A DNA stretch of 64,000 bases, taken from the NCBI GenBank assembly GCA_002328025.1, contig DCVE01000014.1:5882-69881 (forward strand), given 5' to 3'. Source of the stretch: Patescibacteria group bacterium UBA2196 (lineage in GTDB: Bacteria; Patescibacteriota; Patescibacteriia; UBA2196). The position numbers and the translations under genes were made by a program. The notes beneath the pieces are model-generated. The model was not told where the DNA came from, did not search any database, and was given only the letters and a program-made list of their open reading frames with translations. This document shows positions 1 to 9,592 of this stretch, in pieces. Every line of letters starts with the position of its first letter. Within the stretch, counting starts at the first letter, position 1.

Positions 1-5
1 CCGCT

Positions 6-1793
6 TTGGTTGCCACCAGTCTAAATTTGTCACCAGAGAAAAATGATTTATTGTGCGAGGTACACTTGGGTGAAGCCGAAGGTAAAAGTGGTGGGTGGGT
101 GGAAAAAAATATTGGCTCTTTAAAAAAACGCATAGAAAATGGTTGGCCGCAGGGCGAAACCATGGAACAGTTAAAAACACGTGTTCGTCAATTTGTGGCA
201 GAAATAGAAGAAAAATATGTGGGTAAAAAAATTCTAGTGGTCAGTCATGGAGACACCCTATGTTCTTTAATTAGTTTATTTGACGGTAAAACAGATTTGG
301 AAACCTGGAAAAACAATTATCCTGCCAAAGGTCAGTTAATAGGTTCTTTTGATAAAATGTTTAAAAATAATAATCAGACACACTTTGATCCACACCGTCC
401 GTTTATTGATGAAATTAATTTTCAATGCGAAAAATGTTCTGGCACAATGAAACGCACACCAGAAGTTATGGACTGTTGGTTTGATTCAGGTGCCATGCCT
501 TTGGCACAAACTCATTATCCTTTTGAAAACAAAGATCAGATTGATTCTGGAGCCCAATACCCAGCCAAATATATTTCTGAAGCCATTGATCAGACACGTG
601 GCTGGTTTTATACATTATTAGCCGTGGCTACTTTGTTGGGCAAAGAAGCGCCTTATAAAAATGTTATTTGTTTGGGTCATTTATTGGACAAAAAAGGTCA
701 AAAAATGTCAAAACATATCGGTAATGTTGTTAATCCTTGGGAAATGTTTGAAAAATATGGTGCCGATGTCGTCAGGTGGTATTTATATACAGTCAACCAG
801 CCGGGTGAACCCAAAAGATTTGATGAATCTTTTTTGAAGGAGTCGGCGCGCATGTTTAACACTCTTTTAAACACTTTAACTTTTTATCAAACCTATGTAA
901 ACGAAGTTGCCGCGGTTGAGTTTACAGAATTACAACCCAAAAATATTTTAGACAAATGGATCTCAGCTCAGCTTCATTTATTAATTAAAGAGGTTACTCA
1001 AAGTTTGGAAAATTATGATATTACTACGGCGGCCAGAAAAATTGAAGAATTTATTAATGAATTATCAATTTGGTATGTGCGTCGGTCACGCGATAGGTTT
1101 AAAGGCGATAGCCAAGACGATAAACTGCAAGCTGTTTATGTTTTGGGTAAAGTTTTGTTTGAATTATCAAAATTATTAGCGCCTTTTATTCCGTTTTCAG
1201 CTGAATATATTTATCAAGAATTAAGTAAAAATTGTGGTGCGCTAAAAGAATCAGTACACTTAGAAAACTGGCCAGCCTGTCGCGAAGAAATGATTGATCA
1301 AAAAGTTTTAGAACAGATGCAATCTGTGCGTCAAGTGGTTGAATTAGGTTTAGCCAAACGCGCCGAAGCTGGCATAAAAATTAGGCAACCACTAAAGCGA
1401 CTTTCAACTTTTAATTTTATTTTTTTGAATGAATACGTTGAGTTGATAAAAGATGAGTTAAATGTTAAGAGTGTCAGCGTAGAAAAAGATAATAGTGGGG
1501 AACTAGGGGTAGAACTTGACACTGCTTTGACTGACGAACTCAAAGCCGAGGGTTTGTTACGTGAACTGGTGCGTGGCATTAATAATTTACGCAAGGAAAT
1601 GAAGCTGACCATTCAAGATAGAGTAAAAATTTTATATCACACCGACGATGAAATTTTAAAATCGGTTTTTGTTAAATATGCGGTAGAGTTGCAAAAACAA
1701 ACCTTAGCAGACGATTTAACTTTGTCAGCTGAAGCTGCGGATAAAATAAAAATTAATAATGCCGAAGTTAAAATTAAAATTGTTCAACTTTAA
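6..1793 (+). CDS. ileS: Isoleucyl-tRNA synthetase, C-terminal part (5' partial at window edge); the first ~120 aa resemble the C-terminal half of a histidine phosphatase (PGAM)
   Basis: HRPFID..CEKCSG..VMDCWFDSG, DQTRGWFYT and GQKMSKHIGN (KMSKS) are IleRS hallmarks; upstream VVSHGDTL...is histidine-phosphatase-like; ORF is open to position 6. Confidence 0.8.
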   Translation: MVATSLNLSPEKNDLLCEVHLGEAEGKSGGWVEKNIGSLKKRIENGWPQGETMEQLKTRVRQFVAEIEEKYVGKKILVVSHGDTLCSLISLFDGKTDLETWKNNYPAKGQLIGSFDKMFKNNNQTHFDPHRPFIDEINFQCEKCSGTMKRTPEVMDCWFDSGAMPLAQTHYPFENKDQIDSGAQYPAKYISEAIDQTRGWFYTLLAVATLLGKEAPYKNVICLGHLLDKKGQKMSKHIGNVVNPWEMFEKYGADVVRWYLYTVNQPGEPKRFDESFLKESARMFNTLLNTLTFYQTYVNEVAAVEFTELQPKNILDKWISAQLHLLIKEVTQSLENYDITTAARKIEEFINELSIWYVRRSRDRFKGDSQDDKLQAVYVLGKVLFELSKLLAPFIPFSAEYIYQELSKNCGALKESVHLENWPACREEMIDQKVLEQMQSVRQVVELGLAKRAEAGIKIRQPLKRLSTFNFIFLNEYVELIKDELNVKSVSVEKDNSGELGVELDTALTDELKAEGLLRELVRGINNLRKEMKLTIQDRVKILYHTDDEILKSVFVKYAVELQKQTLADDLTLSAEAADKIKINNAEVKIKIVQL

Positions 1794-1802
1794 AAGCTAA
1801 TC

Positions 1803-2390
1803 ATGTATTATAATTTACATGTTATAATTTTAAAGCGCCAGGCTTTTCGCGAAGACGATCTGTTGGTGACGGTTTATTCGGAGGAAAAAGGTAAATTAGT
1901 GTTGACGGCGCGTGGTGGTAAAAAAATTTTAAGTAAACTAGCCGGCCATTTAGAGCCGGTCAGTTTATCTTATCTCAATGTCGTTTTTGGCAAAAGCATT
2001 GATCAGTTGACTGGCGCGCAGATGCTTAGAAGCTATGCGTCAATAAAAAATGATTTAATCAAAACACAAGCAGCGGGTTGGTTTTTAAACCTATTAGACA
2101 GTTTGACCTTAGAAAATCATCAGGATAAAAATATTTTTAAACTAGCCGAAAGATATTTGGATTTTTTAGAGCATAGTGCTTCAGAGTATGAAATAGCCAA
2201 AACTGTTGCTTGGGTTAAACTTTTGCATCTTTTGGGTTTAAATCCAGCTCAAAAACAGGAGTCAGGTTTTAAACAACAGTTTAATTTTATCGTTAAAAAC
2301 AAGATGGGAGAAATTATAAAATTTAAAAATAAATTTGATTTTGATAAAATAAACAATCTTTTGCAGTTTGAAATTGAAAATATTAGTTAA
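1803..2390 (+). CDS. recO: DNA repair protein RecO (short form)
   Basis: N-terminal OB-fold-like pattern LKRQAFREDDLLVTVYSEEKGKLVLTARG typical of RecO. Confidence 0.55.
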   Translation: MYYNLHVIILKRQAFREDDLLVTVYSEEKGKLVLTARGGKKILSKLAGHLEPVSLSYLNVVFGKSIDQLTGAQMLRSYASIKNDLIKTQAAGWFLNLLDSLTLENHQDKNIFKLAERYLDFLEHSASEYEIAKTVAWVKLLHLLGLNPAQKQESGFKQQFNFIVKNKMGEIIKFKNKFDFDKINNLLQFEIENIS

Positions 2391-2406
2391 AAAATATTTA
2401 ATCTGT

Positions 2407-3540
2407 ATGTTAAAAAAAATTATCCACTCAAAAAAATCATCTGCCAGAATTTGTACGGTTGCAACACCACACGGCATTCTTGAAACACCATTTTTTATGC
2501 CCGATGCGACCTATGGCGTAGTCAAACACTTAAGTGAACAGGAGTTAGAAAAAATTGGTGTGCCTGCCATGGTGGTTAACACTTATCATCTTTATCTGAA
2601 TATTGGTGTGGATAGAATTAAAAAATTAGGTGGCATACATAAATTAATGGCTTGCAAAAAACCGCTTTTATCTGATAGTGGTGGTTTTCAAATTTTTTCT
2701 TTAATTCATAAAAATAATCAAAAAAATGGAAAAATTTTAGCTGATAAGGTAATTTTTAGTTCACCCCTTGATGGTTCACGGCACGAATTGACGCCAGCAA
2801 AATCTATTCAGATTCAGTTTGATTTGGGGACTGATATGATTGTGTGCTTGGATGATTGTCGACCGAATGATACCGATCAACACCAAGCTGTTGAGGCAAT
2901 TCAGCGCACAGTGGCTTGGGCCAAATTATGTAAACAAGAATACGATCGGCAGATAAAAAAACGCCACCTGAAAGGTAAGCTCAGACCTTTATTATTTGGT
3001 GTGGTTCAGGGCGGAATTTTTCCAGCCTTAAGACAAACATGCGCCGCAAGTTTGGCCGCCATTGGTTTTGATGGTTTGGGTTATGGTGCGCGGCCAGTTG
3101 ATGAAAATGGTGTTTTTTTGAGCGATGTTTTGCGCACCACGGCCGTCAATATTCCAGATAATTATCTAAAATTTGCTTTGGGTGTTGGTACTCCAGAAGA
3201 TATTTTACGATGTGTTAAATTGGGCTGGGATATGTTTGACTGTGTTATACCAACTCGTGAAGGACGGCATGGGCGTTTGTATCAATTTTCCAATCACATA
3301 GTCAGTAAAGATTTTTATAAAGTTTTAAACAGTAACAGTGCCCAGTTTAAAAATAATTTGGAACCCATCAACAAAAAAAGTTCTTTAAAGGAATTGCAGA
3401 TTTATTCTAAAGCCTACTTACACCATTTATTTAAAATCAAAGAACCTTTGGCTCAACGTTTGGCCACTTTAAATAATTTGGAATTTTACACTAATCTGCT
3501 GCAACAAATAAAAGTTAATATCCGCAGTTCAAAAATCTAG
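2407..3540 (+). CDS. tgt: Queuine tRNA-ribosyltransferase (tRNA-guanine transglycosylase)
   Basis: TPHG..ETPFFMP, LSDSGGFQ, GVGTPED, DCVIPTR, AYLHHL motifs; start moved to internal Met (MLKKII). Confidence 0.85.
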   Translation: MLKKIIHSKKSSARICTVATPHGILETPFFMPDATYGVVKHLSEQELEKIGVPAMVVNTYHLYLNIGVDRIKKLGGIHKLMACKKPLLSDSGGFQIFSLIHKNNQKNGKILADKVIFSSPLDGSRHELTPAKSIQIQFDLGTDMIVCLDDCRPNDTDQHQAVEAIQRTVAWAKLCKQEYDRQIKKRHLKGKLRPLLFGVVQGGIFPALRQTCAASLAAIGFDGLGYGARPVDENGVFLSDVLRTTAVNIPDNYLKFALGVGTPEDILRCVKLGWDMFDCVIPTREGRHGRLYQFSNHIVSKDFYKVLNSNSAQFKNNLEPINKKSSLKELQIYSKAYLHHLFKIKEPLAQRLATLNNLEFYTNLLQQIKVNIRSSKI

Positions 3541-3562
3541 GCTTTTTTATTTCTTACACAAG

Positions 3563-3946
3563 TTGTGGTATAATATTTTTATGATGCGTGAAAATATTAT
3601 CACCAATACTTTTAAATTCGTAGCCTTTAATGTGGTGGGGGATTTTTTGTATTTTCCAATTTGGTGGTATTCAGGTGGTTTAAAAGCTAGATTTAAATTT
3701 TTAATTAAACAGATACGGGCAGCCAATCGTCGATCAGCTCTTTTGTTGTGGTTAAAAAATATGTTTGTGCCCATGTACGGCTATTACGACTTTACTAGTC
3801 GTGCTATCAGTTTGGTAATACGTTTGGTAATGTTAGTTTTCAAGGTGACCGTTTTTTTAATTTGGTTTATTTTTCATTTAACCATCTTTTTGATTTATTT
3901 TTTGTTACCCCCGGCAATTATTTTCATGGTTTTTAGAAGTTTTTAA
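3563..3946 (+). CDS. hypothetical small membrane protein
   Basis: ORF with several hydrophobic helices, no recognisable family. Confidence 0.3.
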   Translation: MWYNIFMMRENIITNTFKFVAFNVVGDFLYFPIWWYSGGLKARFKFLIKQIRAANRRSALLLWLKNMFVPMYGYYDFTSRAISLVIRLVMLVFKVTVFLIWFIFHLTIFLIYFLLPPAIIFMVFRSF

Positions 3947-3949
3947 TTT

Positions 3950-6652
3950 ATGGCCCTTGTGGTGTGTAATTTTTGTCAAGGAAAAAAACAAGATTGTCCG
4001 CTTTGTCATGGTTGGCTGGCAGTTTTGGTTTTTGATGGCCGTGTTTTTTATTGGCAAAAACAACTGTCCCGCGTCAGCATCTATAATCAACGTCTATTAA
4101 ATTTGGTAAAAAAAATAATTGACGGCTTGTCCTATGTTTTTGTCTTAGCTGCTTTGGTGGTAACTTTTTATTTTTTTTATCAATTTGTCTCTACTGGTGG
4201 CGAGGCGTGGAAATTTTTTGCCCGTCAGAATATCTTAATGCGACTTTTTTGGCCAGCTTTTTTAGTTGGGTTGTATATTTTTTATCGCATGTCCAGTGAA
4301 AAAACAGCTGACGAACTGGTGATTAAAAAATATGTTGATTTTAAATTAGATTTAAATTTTGAAAGTTCTGAAATTTGGCAAACGGAAAATTTATTACCCA
4401 AGATAAATGTGGCTAAAGCTTTTCAATATCAAGCTCTGGCCTTAATTGAGCACGCTTATTTAGGAGCTGAAAATTTTGGACAGACCCTAACGCCGGCGCA
4501 CATTTTTTATGAATTATTAAAAAATAGCGCGGTTTGTGGTTATTTGACACGTCTGGGTATTAATGCGGGCGAACTTAGAGAAAAACTGGAAAAAAATTTG
4601 GTTGGTTTAGAAAAAGGCGATGGTCCGTCTTTATCAACCGCCAAGGTTTTTTTACGCGCTTATTGGGAAGCGTTTTTTAGTAATCAAAAAACTGTCACGA
4701 CCGATGAATTATTAATTGCTTGTGCCAGCGAAGAGGGTTTGATTAAAGAACTACTGGACAGTTTGGAAATTGATGTTGATAAAATACGCAATGTAGTAGA
4801 GTGGGCGCGTATTCAAAATCAAATAGCACGTCATTGGAGTGTTTTGCAGGCACGTGCTGGCCAAAAACCAAAGCACGAAATTAATCGTTCTTATACTGCC
4901 ATGGCCTCGCCTTTTTTGGATCAATTTTCTGAAGATTTAACCCAATTAGCGCGTGCGGGGGCCATTGAACCAACTGTGGGTAAAGAAAACGAGCTAACTG
5001 AGTTGCTTAGTTATTTTAATGCTGGCCGCGATGGAGTAATTTTGGTTGGTGAACAAGGAACTGGCAAGTCTTTTGTGGTTGATAGTTTGGCTGAACTAAT
5101 GGCCGCCGAAGACGTGCCAGCTCTTTTCCAGGATAAAAGATTAGTGCGTTTATCAGTCCCGGCTTTAATCGCCGGTGCTAATGAATCTGGTGCCATTGAA
5201 TTTCGTCTGATTGCCATTTTAAAAGAGGTGGCTCGGGCTGGTAATATAATTTTAGTTATTGATAACATTGAATCTTTGGTTGGTTTGGGTACCGAATCAT
5301 CAACCAGTTTAGATTTGGCGCAGGTCTTAGTCGAAGAGTTAGAAAAAGGATATTTTTTATTAATTGCTGTTTCTGATCGTGAAAAATATAATCAACATTT
5401 ACGTGATTCTTTGTTGGGCGGCTTATTGGCCGTGGTTGAAGTTAAGGAGCCGGATCGCAATGCTGCTATTCGTATTTTGGAAACCAAGGCACCCCTGTTG
5501 GAAAATAAACATAAAGTTGTTTTCTCTTACCAAGCTTTAGAAACAGCTGTTGATTTGGCTACAAAATATATTCATCGTCAGTTTTTACCAATCAAAGCCA
5601 TTACGGTTATGGAACGCGCGGCTGCTTTGGCTAGACAAAACAAAGGCGTAGGTTGTGTTGTTGCTAATGAAGACGTGATGACCGTTGTGTCTGAAATAAC
5701 CAAAATACCCTTAGAAAAAACTTCGGTTAAAGAAGCAGAAAAACTATTGAATTTGGAAGAAGAAATCCGTCACAAAATTGTGGGGCAAGACGAAGCGGTG
5801 GTGGCAGTAGCCGAAGCTTTGCGACGTTCGCGCGCCGAACTGCATCCAGGCAAACGACCAATTGCTTCTTTTTTATTTTTAGGTCCAACCGGTGTTGGCA
5901 AGACAGAAATTGCTCGTGTTTTATCAGAAATATATTTTGGTGGTGCGGAGCATTTTATTCGTCTTGATATGTCTGAGTATAGTACTCTTGACGGAGTGGC
6001 TAAATTAATTGGTTTTTCTGGGTCAACTACTCGTGGTTATTTAACAGAACGGGTGGCTGATAAACCCTTTGCTTTATTATTATTGGATGAATTTGAAAAA
6101 GCCACCGCCGAAGTACACAATCTTTTTTTACAGGTCATGGAAGATGGTCGTTTAACTGATTCTAATGGTGAGACAATTGATTTTACCAACACCATTATTA
6201 TTGCCACTTCTAACGCTGGTACAGATTTAATTCAACAAGGCTTACGTGATGGTCACACCTTGCCGGTCATTAAACAGGAATTGATAGAAACTAAATTAAA
6301 TCAATATTTTAAGGTAGAACTTTTAAACCGTTTTGATGGTATTATTATTTTTAAGCCTTTATTAATGCCAGAAGTTTTGGCTATTACTAAGTTATTACTT
6401 AATAATCTGGCAGAACTTTTAATCACAAAAAGTATCACCTTGATTTACTCAGAAACCGTGGCGCAAGAAATTTCGCAAGCTGGTTTTGATCAAACCTTGG
6501 GTGCCCGGCCTTTAAGACGAGTAATCCAAGATCAAGTGGAAAATAAAATCGCTAACTTAATATTAACCAAGACTGTTTCTCGGCGTGATAAAATTATTTT
6601 AAATAGCTTGACCGATATTCAGGTTGAAAAAGCACCACCTCTGTTTGTTTAA
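3950..6652 (+). CDS. ClpC/ClpB-like double AAA+ ATPase with N-terminal zinc-ribbon and transmembrane segment
   Basis: CNFCQGKKQDCPLCHG then TM helix; Clp_N-like repeats; D1 Walker A GEQGTGKS with Walker B ILVIDN (DN not DE); D2 GPTGVGKTE, LLLDEFEKA, GARPLRR. Confidence 0.75.
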   Translation: MALVVCNFCQGKKQDCPLCHGWLAVLVFDGRVFYWQKQLSRVSIYNQRLLNLVKKIIDGLSYVFVLAALVVTFYFFYQFVSTGGEAWKFFARQNILMRLFWPAFLVGLYIFYRMSSEKTADELVIKKYVDFKLDLNFESSEIWQTENLLPKINVAKAFQYQALALIEHAYLGAENFGQTLTPAHIFYELLKNSAVCGYLTRLGINAGELREKLEKNLVGLEKGDGPSLSTAKVFLRAYWEAFFSNQKTVTTDELLIACASEEGLIKELLDSLEIDVDKIRNVVEWARIQNQIARHWSVLQARAGQKPKHEINRSYTAMASPFLDQFSEDLTQLARAGAIEPTVGKENELTELLSYFNAGRDGVILVGEQGTGKSFVVDSLAELMAAEDVPALFQDKRLVRLSVPALIAGANESGAIEFRLIAILKEVARAGNIILVIDNIESLVGLGTESSTSLDLAQVLVEELEKGYFLLIAVSDREKYNQHLRDSLLGGLLAVVEVKEPDRNAAIRILETKAPLLENKHKVVFSYQALETAVDLATKYIHRQFLPIKAITVMERAAALARQNKGVGCVVANEDVMTVVSEITKIPLEKTSVKEAEKLLNLEEEIRHKIVGQDEAVVAVAEALRRSRAELHPGKRPIASFLFLGPTGVGKTEIARVLSEIYFGGAEHFIRLDMSEYSTLDGVAKLIGFSGSTTRGYLTERVADKPFALLLLDEFEKATAEVHNLFLQVMEDGRLTDSNGETIDFTNTIIIATSNAGTDLIQQGLRDGHTLPVIKQELIETKLNQYFKVELLNRFDGIIIFKPLLMPEVLAITKLLLNNLAELLITKSITLIYSETVAQEISQAGFDQTLGARPLRRVIQDQVENKIANLILTKTVSRRDKIILNSLTDIQVEKAPPLFV

Positions 6653-6851
6653 AAAAACCAAATATAAACCATTGAGTGTATCTTTATCATCCGTACGTTG
6701 GGTGATTTTTAAATTTGCCTTATTCTAGCTTTTATTATAAAATTAAAGCAATATATATAATTAAATTTAAAAATATGCCAAATCCAATGGAAAATCCAAC
6801 AGAGAAAACCCCCCCAATATAAATTCAATAGAAGATGCTGTAGAATATACT

Positions 6852-7043
6852 ATGAGTAATTGGACTAGCGACATTACACCAGTAATAGATTTTTTAAAAA
6901 AACAAAAACCAACAGAAGATGTACCTTCTCCTATAACAGAGTTTTGTTTATCTATAAGGGATAAGTATATCCCTAATGATACAGCATCTAGCCCACCAAT
7001 TATAGTATTGGCTGTGATTATGGAAAAAATATTGGCAAAATAA
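6852..7043 (+). CDS. hypothetical small ORF in a long intergenic region (doubtful)
   Basis: 63 aa ORF, no RBS, no similarity recognised. Confidence 0.15.
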   Translation: MSNWTSDITPVIDFLKKQKPTEDVPSPITEFCLSIRDKYIPNDTASSPPIIVLAVIMEKILAK

Positions 7044-7047
7044 TAAT

Positions 7048-8361
7048 ATGCAAACTAATGATAAACCTGCCTCGTCGGCAGACAAGATGGAAAAAATTGT
7101 TTCTCTTTGCAAGAGACGCGGTTTTGTTTTTCCCGGTTCAGAAATTTATGGCGGTTTGCAAGGTTTTTATGATTTTGGCCCACTAGGAGTAGAAATGAAA
7201 AACAATTTAAAGCAACTTTGGTGGCAGTGGATGACCAGAGAACATGAAAATATTGTCGGTCTTGATGGCGCTATTATTACTAACCCCAAAGTTTGGGAAG
7301 CTTCTGGGCATGTTAAAAGTTTTGTTGACCCTTTAGTTGAGTGCAAAAAATGTCATCATCGTTTTAAAGCTGATGATATTCTCGTTGAAAAATGTCCAGA
7401 TTGTTATGGTGAATTAACCGAGCCCAGAATTTATAATATTCTAGTGCCCACTGAACTTGGTGTTATTGAAGGTGATAAAACCAGAAGTTATCTCCGTGGT
7501 GAAGCTTGCCAAACAATATATTTAGATTATAAAAATGTTTTAAGTTCCACTCGCGGTTTAAAAATTCCTTTTGGCATTTGCCAAATTGGCAAAGCTTTTC
7601 GCAATGAAGTTACTCCGGGTAATTTTCTATTTCGTCAAAGAGAATTTGAACAATGGGATTTACAATGGTTTTGTCACGAAAGTGAAATGGATAAATGGTT
7701 TGAATTTTGGAAAAACGAAAGAATGAATTGGTATAAATCAATTTTTACTCATCCAGAAAATCTTGGTTTTTATGAACATGAAAAATTAGCTCATTATGCT
7801 AAAAAAGCTTTTGATATTGAATACACTGCTTCGCCGGTTGGTAAAGAAATGGAAGGCATTCATTGGCGCGGGGATTGGGATTTGTCCAATCATGCCAAAT
7901 TTTCTGGCGAGGATTTAAGTTATTTTGACGCTGAAAAAAACGAAAAATTTATTCCGCAAATCGTAGAAACTTCTGGTGGAGTAGACCGTACATTTTTATT
8001 TTTAATGCTTGATGCCTACACCGAAGAAGAAGACAGAATTGTTTTAAAATTAAATTATAAAATTGCGCCCTATCAGGTGGCCGTCTTTCCTTTGCTCGCT
8101 AATAAACCAGAGTTAGTGGCCAAAGCTAGAGAAATTTATAATAATTTGAAAAAAGAATTTAATGTGGCATGGGATGAACGGGGTAATATTGGCAAAAGAT
8201 ATTATTCGCAAGATGAAATCGGCACGCCATTTTGTGTCACAGTAGATTTTGAAACTCTTGAAGATAAAATGGTCACAGTCCGTAATCGCGATACCATGCA
8301 GCAGGAAAGAGTTGAAATTAACGAATTAAAAAAATATTTATTTAATAGTTTAAAATTTTAA
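7048..8361 (+). CDS. glyQS: Glycyl-tRNA synthetase (dimeric class II type)
   Basis: KRRGFVFPGSEIYGGLQGFYDFGPLG and anticodon-binding C-terminus. Confidence 0.9.
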   Translation: MQTNDKPASSADKMEKIVSLCKRRGFVFPGSEIYGGLQGFYDFGPLGVEMKNNLKQLWWQWMTREHENIVGLDGAIITNPKVWEASGHVKSFVDPLVECKKCHHRFKADDILVEKCPDCYGELTEPRIYNILVPTELGVIEGDKTRSYLRGEACQTIYLDYKNVLSSTRGLKIPFGICQIGKAFRNEVTPGNFLFRQREFEQWDLQWFCHESEMDKWFEFWKNERMNWYKSIFTHPENLGFYEHEKLAHYAKKAFDIEYTASPVGKEMEGIHWRGDWDLSNHAKFSGEDLSYFDAEKNEKFIPQIVETSGGVDRTFLFLMLDAYTEEEDRIVLKLNYKIAPYQVAVFPLLANKPELVAKAREIYNNLKKEFNVAWDERGNIGKRYYSQDEIGTPFCVTVDFETLEDKMVTVRNRDTMQQERVEINELKKYLFNSLKF

Positions 8362-8362
8362 T

Positions 8363-9085
8363 ATGAATCAGACTGATGTTTTTGGTTTTTTAAGGGGTAA
8401 GCTTGTGTCCAGTCGCATTTATCCAGAGTTTTTCCCTTTTAACAAAGAAGACAGGGTGGTTAATATTGGTTGTGGTCAAGGCCCGCAGGCCATTGCTTAT
8501 GCTGGTCAATATAAAGAGATGATAGGAGTTGATCTGGATGAAAAAAGGTTAGAAAAATCACATGAAGCCATGCGCATGTATGGGGTAAATAATTATAAAA
8601 CTATTTGTAGCAACGTGGAAGCCATGCCCTTACCAGATCAAAGTTTTGATAAAGCCATTGCCGTTGATATTGTGGAACATGTGCAAAACCCACAAAAACT
8701 TTGTTCTGAAGCCAATCGATTATTAAAGCCAACTGGTGAATTATTGGTTACTTTTCCCACCATGCATGATAAATTTACTGATTTTGTTTCTAAGATCGGA
8801 CGTGTTTTAGGGAGAAAAAATCAAACAGTTAAGTCTACCACTTGGAATCCAGATGAACATAATCAATTTCATTCGCCCAAAGCATGGATTGCTCTTGTTG
8901 AAGGCTGTGGTTTTAAGTTGAGTAAATCACGCGCCAGCACACTATTTCCTCCCTTGCACCTTTATGGCCTTCCCAGATTTTGGTACAGCAATAACTTTAT
9001 TCATGAAATTGATAGTTTTTTTTGCCAGCTGTCGGGTTTAAAAAATTATGGCCAAGCATTGGTCTGTGTATTCAGAAAAATATAA
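8363..9085 (+). CDS. Class I SAM-dependent methyltransferase
   Basis: VVNIGCGQG (motif I), VDLDE, AVDIVEHV. Confidence 0.7.
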   Translation: MNQTDVFGFLRGKLVSSRIYPEFFPFNKEDRVVNIGCGQGPQAIAYAGQYKEMIGVDLDEKRLEKSHEAMRMYGVNNYKTICSNVEAMPLPDQSFDKAIAVDIVEHVQNPQKLCSEANRLLKPTGELLVTFPTMHDKFTDFVSKIGRVLGRKNQTVKSTTWNPDEHNQFHSPKAWIALVEGCGFKLSKSRASTLFPPLHLYGLPRFWYSNNFIHEIDSFFCQLSGLKNYGQALVCVFRKI

Positions 9086-9089
9086 ATTT

Positions 9090-9587
9090 ATGAAAAAAGC
9101 TTTAATTATTATTGATGTTCAAAAAGGTTTTTTAAACCCTTTAACAAAAATTTTTCCATTTAAAATTAAAAAATATTTAGAGCAAAATAAACGTAAATTT
9201 GATTTGGTTCTGTTTACCCAATATCTTAATCGTCAAAACAGTCAGTTTGCCAAGTTGCTTAATTGGTATCGTTTTATAGACAAAAAAGAAAATGATTTAT
9301 GTGAAGAGATAAAACCATTTGTTAATAAAAATAATTTGTTTAAGAAATATACTTATGGTAGTTTTGTGGATGATAAATTGTTAAAAGTTTTAAAGAAAAA
9401 TAAAATTGTTGAAGTGTATTTAATGGGTATTGCTACGGAAAATTGTGTTTTAACTTTTGCTAGAGATGCTTTTGATAGGGGATTTAAGGTTATAGTTTTA
9501 AAAAAATACTGTCTAAGCGATTCTAATAAAAAATTGCATGAGGCGGCTTTGAAAATCATTAGAAATAATATCGGCGAAGTAAAATAA
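9090..9587 (+). CDS. Isochorismatase-family cysteine hydrolase (nicotinamidase-like)
   Basis: MKKALIIIDVQKGF, GIATENCVL (catalytic Cys); start placed at internal Met. Confidence 0.7.
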   Translation: MKKALIIIDVQKGFLNPLTKIFPFKIKKYLEQNKRKFDLVLFTQYLNRQNSQFAKLLNWYRFIDKKENDLCEEIKPFVNKNNLFKKYTYGSFVDDKLLKVLKKNKIVEVYLMGIATENCVLTFARDAFDRGFKVIVLKKYCLSDSNKKLHEAALKIIRNNIGEVK

Positions 9588-9592
9588 ATTTT

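Noticed and set aside
1331-1612. Antisense ORFs from the six-frame track lying inside well-supported genes: 1331-1612(-), 2262-2477(-), 3547-3774(-), 3905-4090(-), 5011-5268(-), 12145-12369(-), 14781-15056(-), 16106-16357(-), 20204-20509(-), 21688-21876(-), 21946-22311(-), 22516-22713(-), 23847-24041(-), 24575-24835(+), 25456-25707(-), 26427-26618(-), 27735-27932(-), 29318-30274(-, several), 30830-31030(-), 32130-32381(-), 32486-33039(-), 33369-33847, 34412-34594(-), 35551-35939(-), 36690-38873(-, several), 39032-39314, 40215-40472, 40753-40947, 41827-42224, 42562-42759(-), 43818-44133(-), 45477-45890(+), 47984-48217(-), 48432-48662(-), 49722-49904, 51550-51834, 52501-52689, 55276-56527, 56927-57112, 57567-57956, 58432-61008 (several), 63402-63683(-)
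   Set aside because: Each overlaps, on the opposite strand or in another frame, a gene with strong family-level motifs. They have low-complexity or AT-codon-driven composition and no RBS, so they are treated as frame shadows.
6655-7047. T-box leader upstream of glyQS (and similarly upstream of metG, pheS, pheT)
   Set aside because: No GGGTGGNACCGCG-like core on either strand; only a partial TTGGGTGA at ~6700, which lacks the ACCGCG half.
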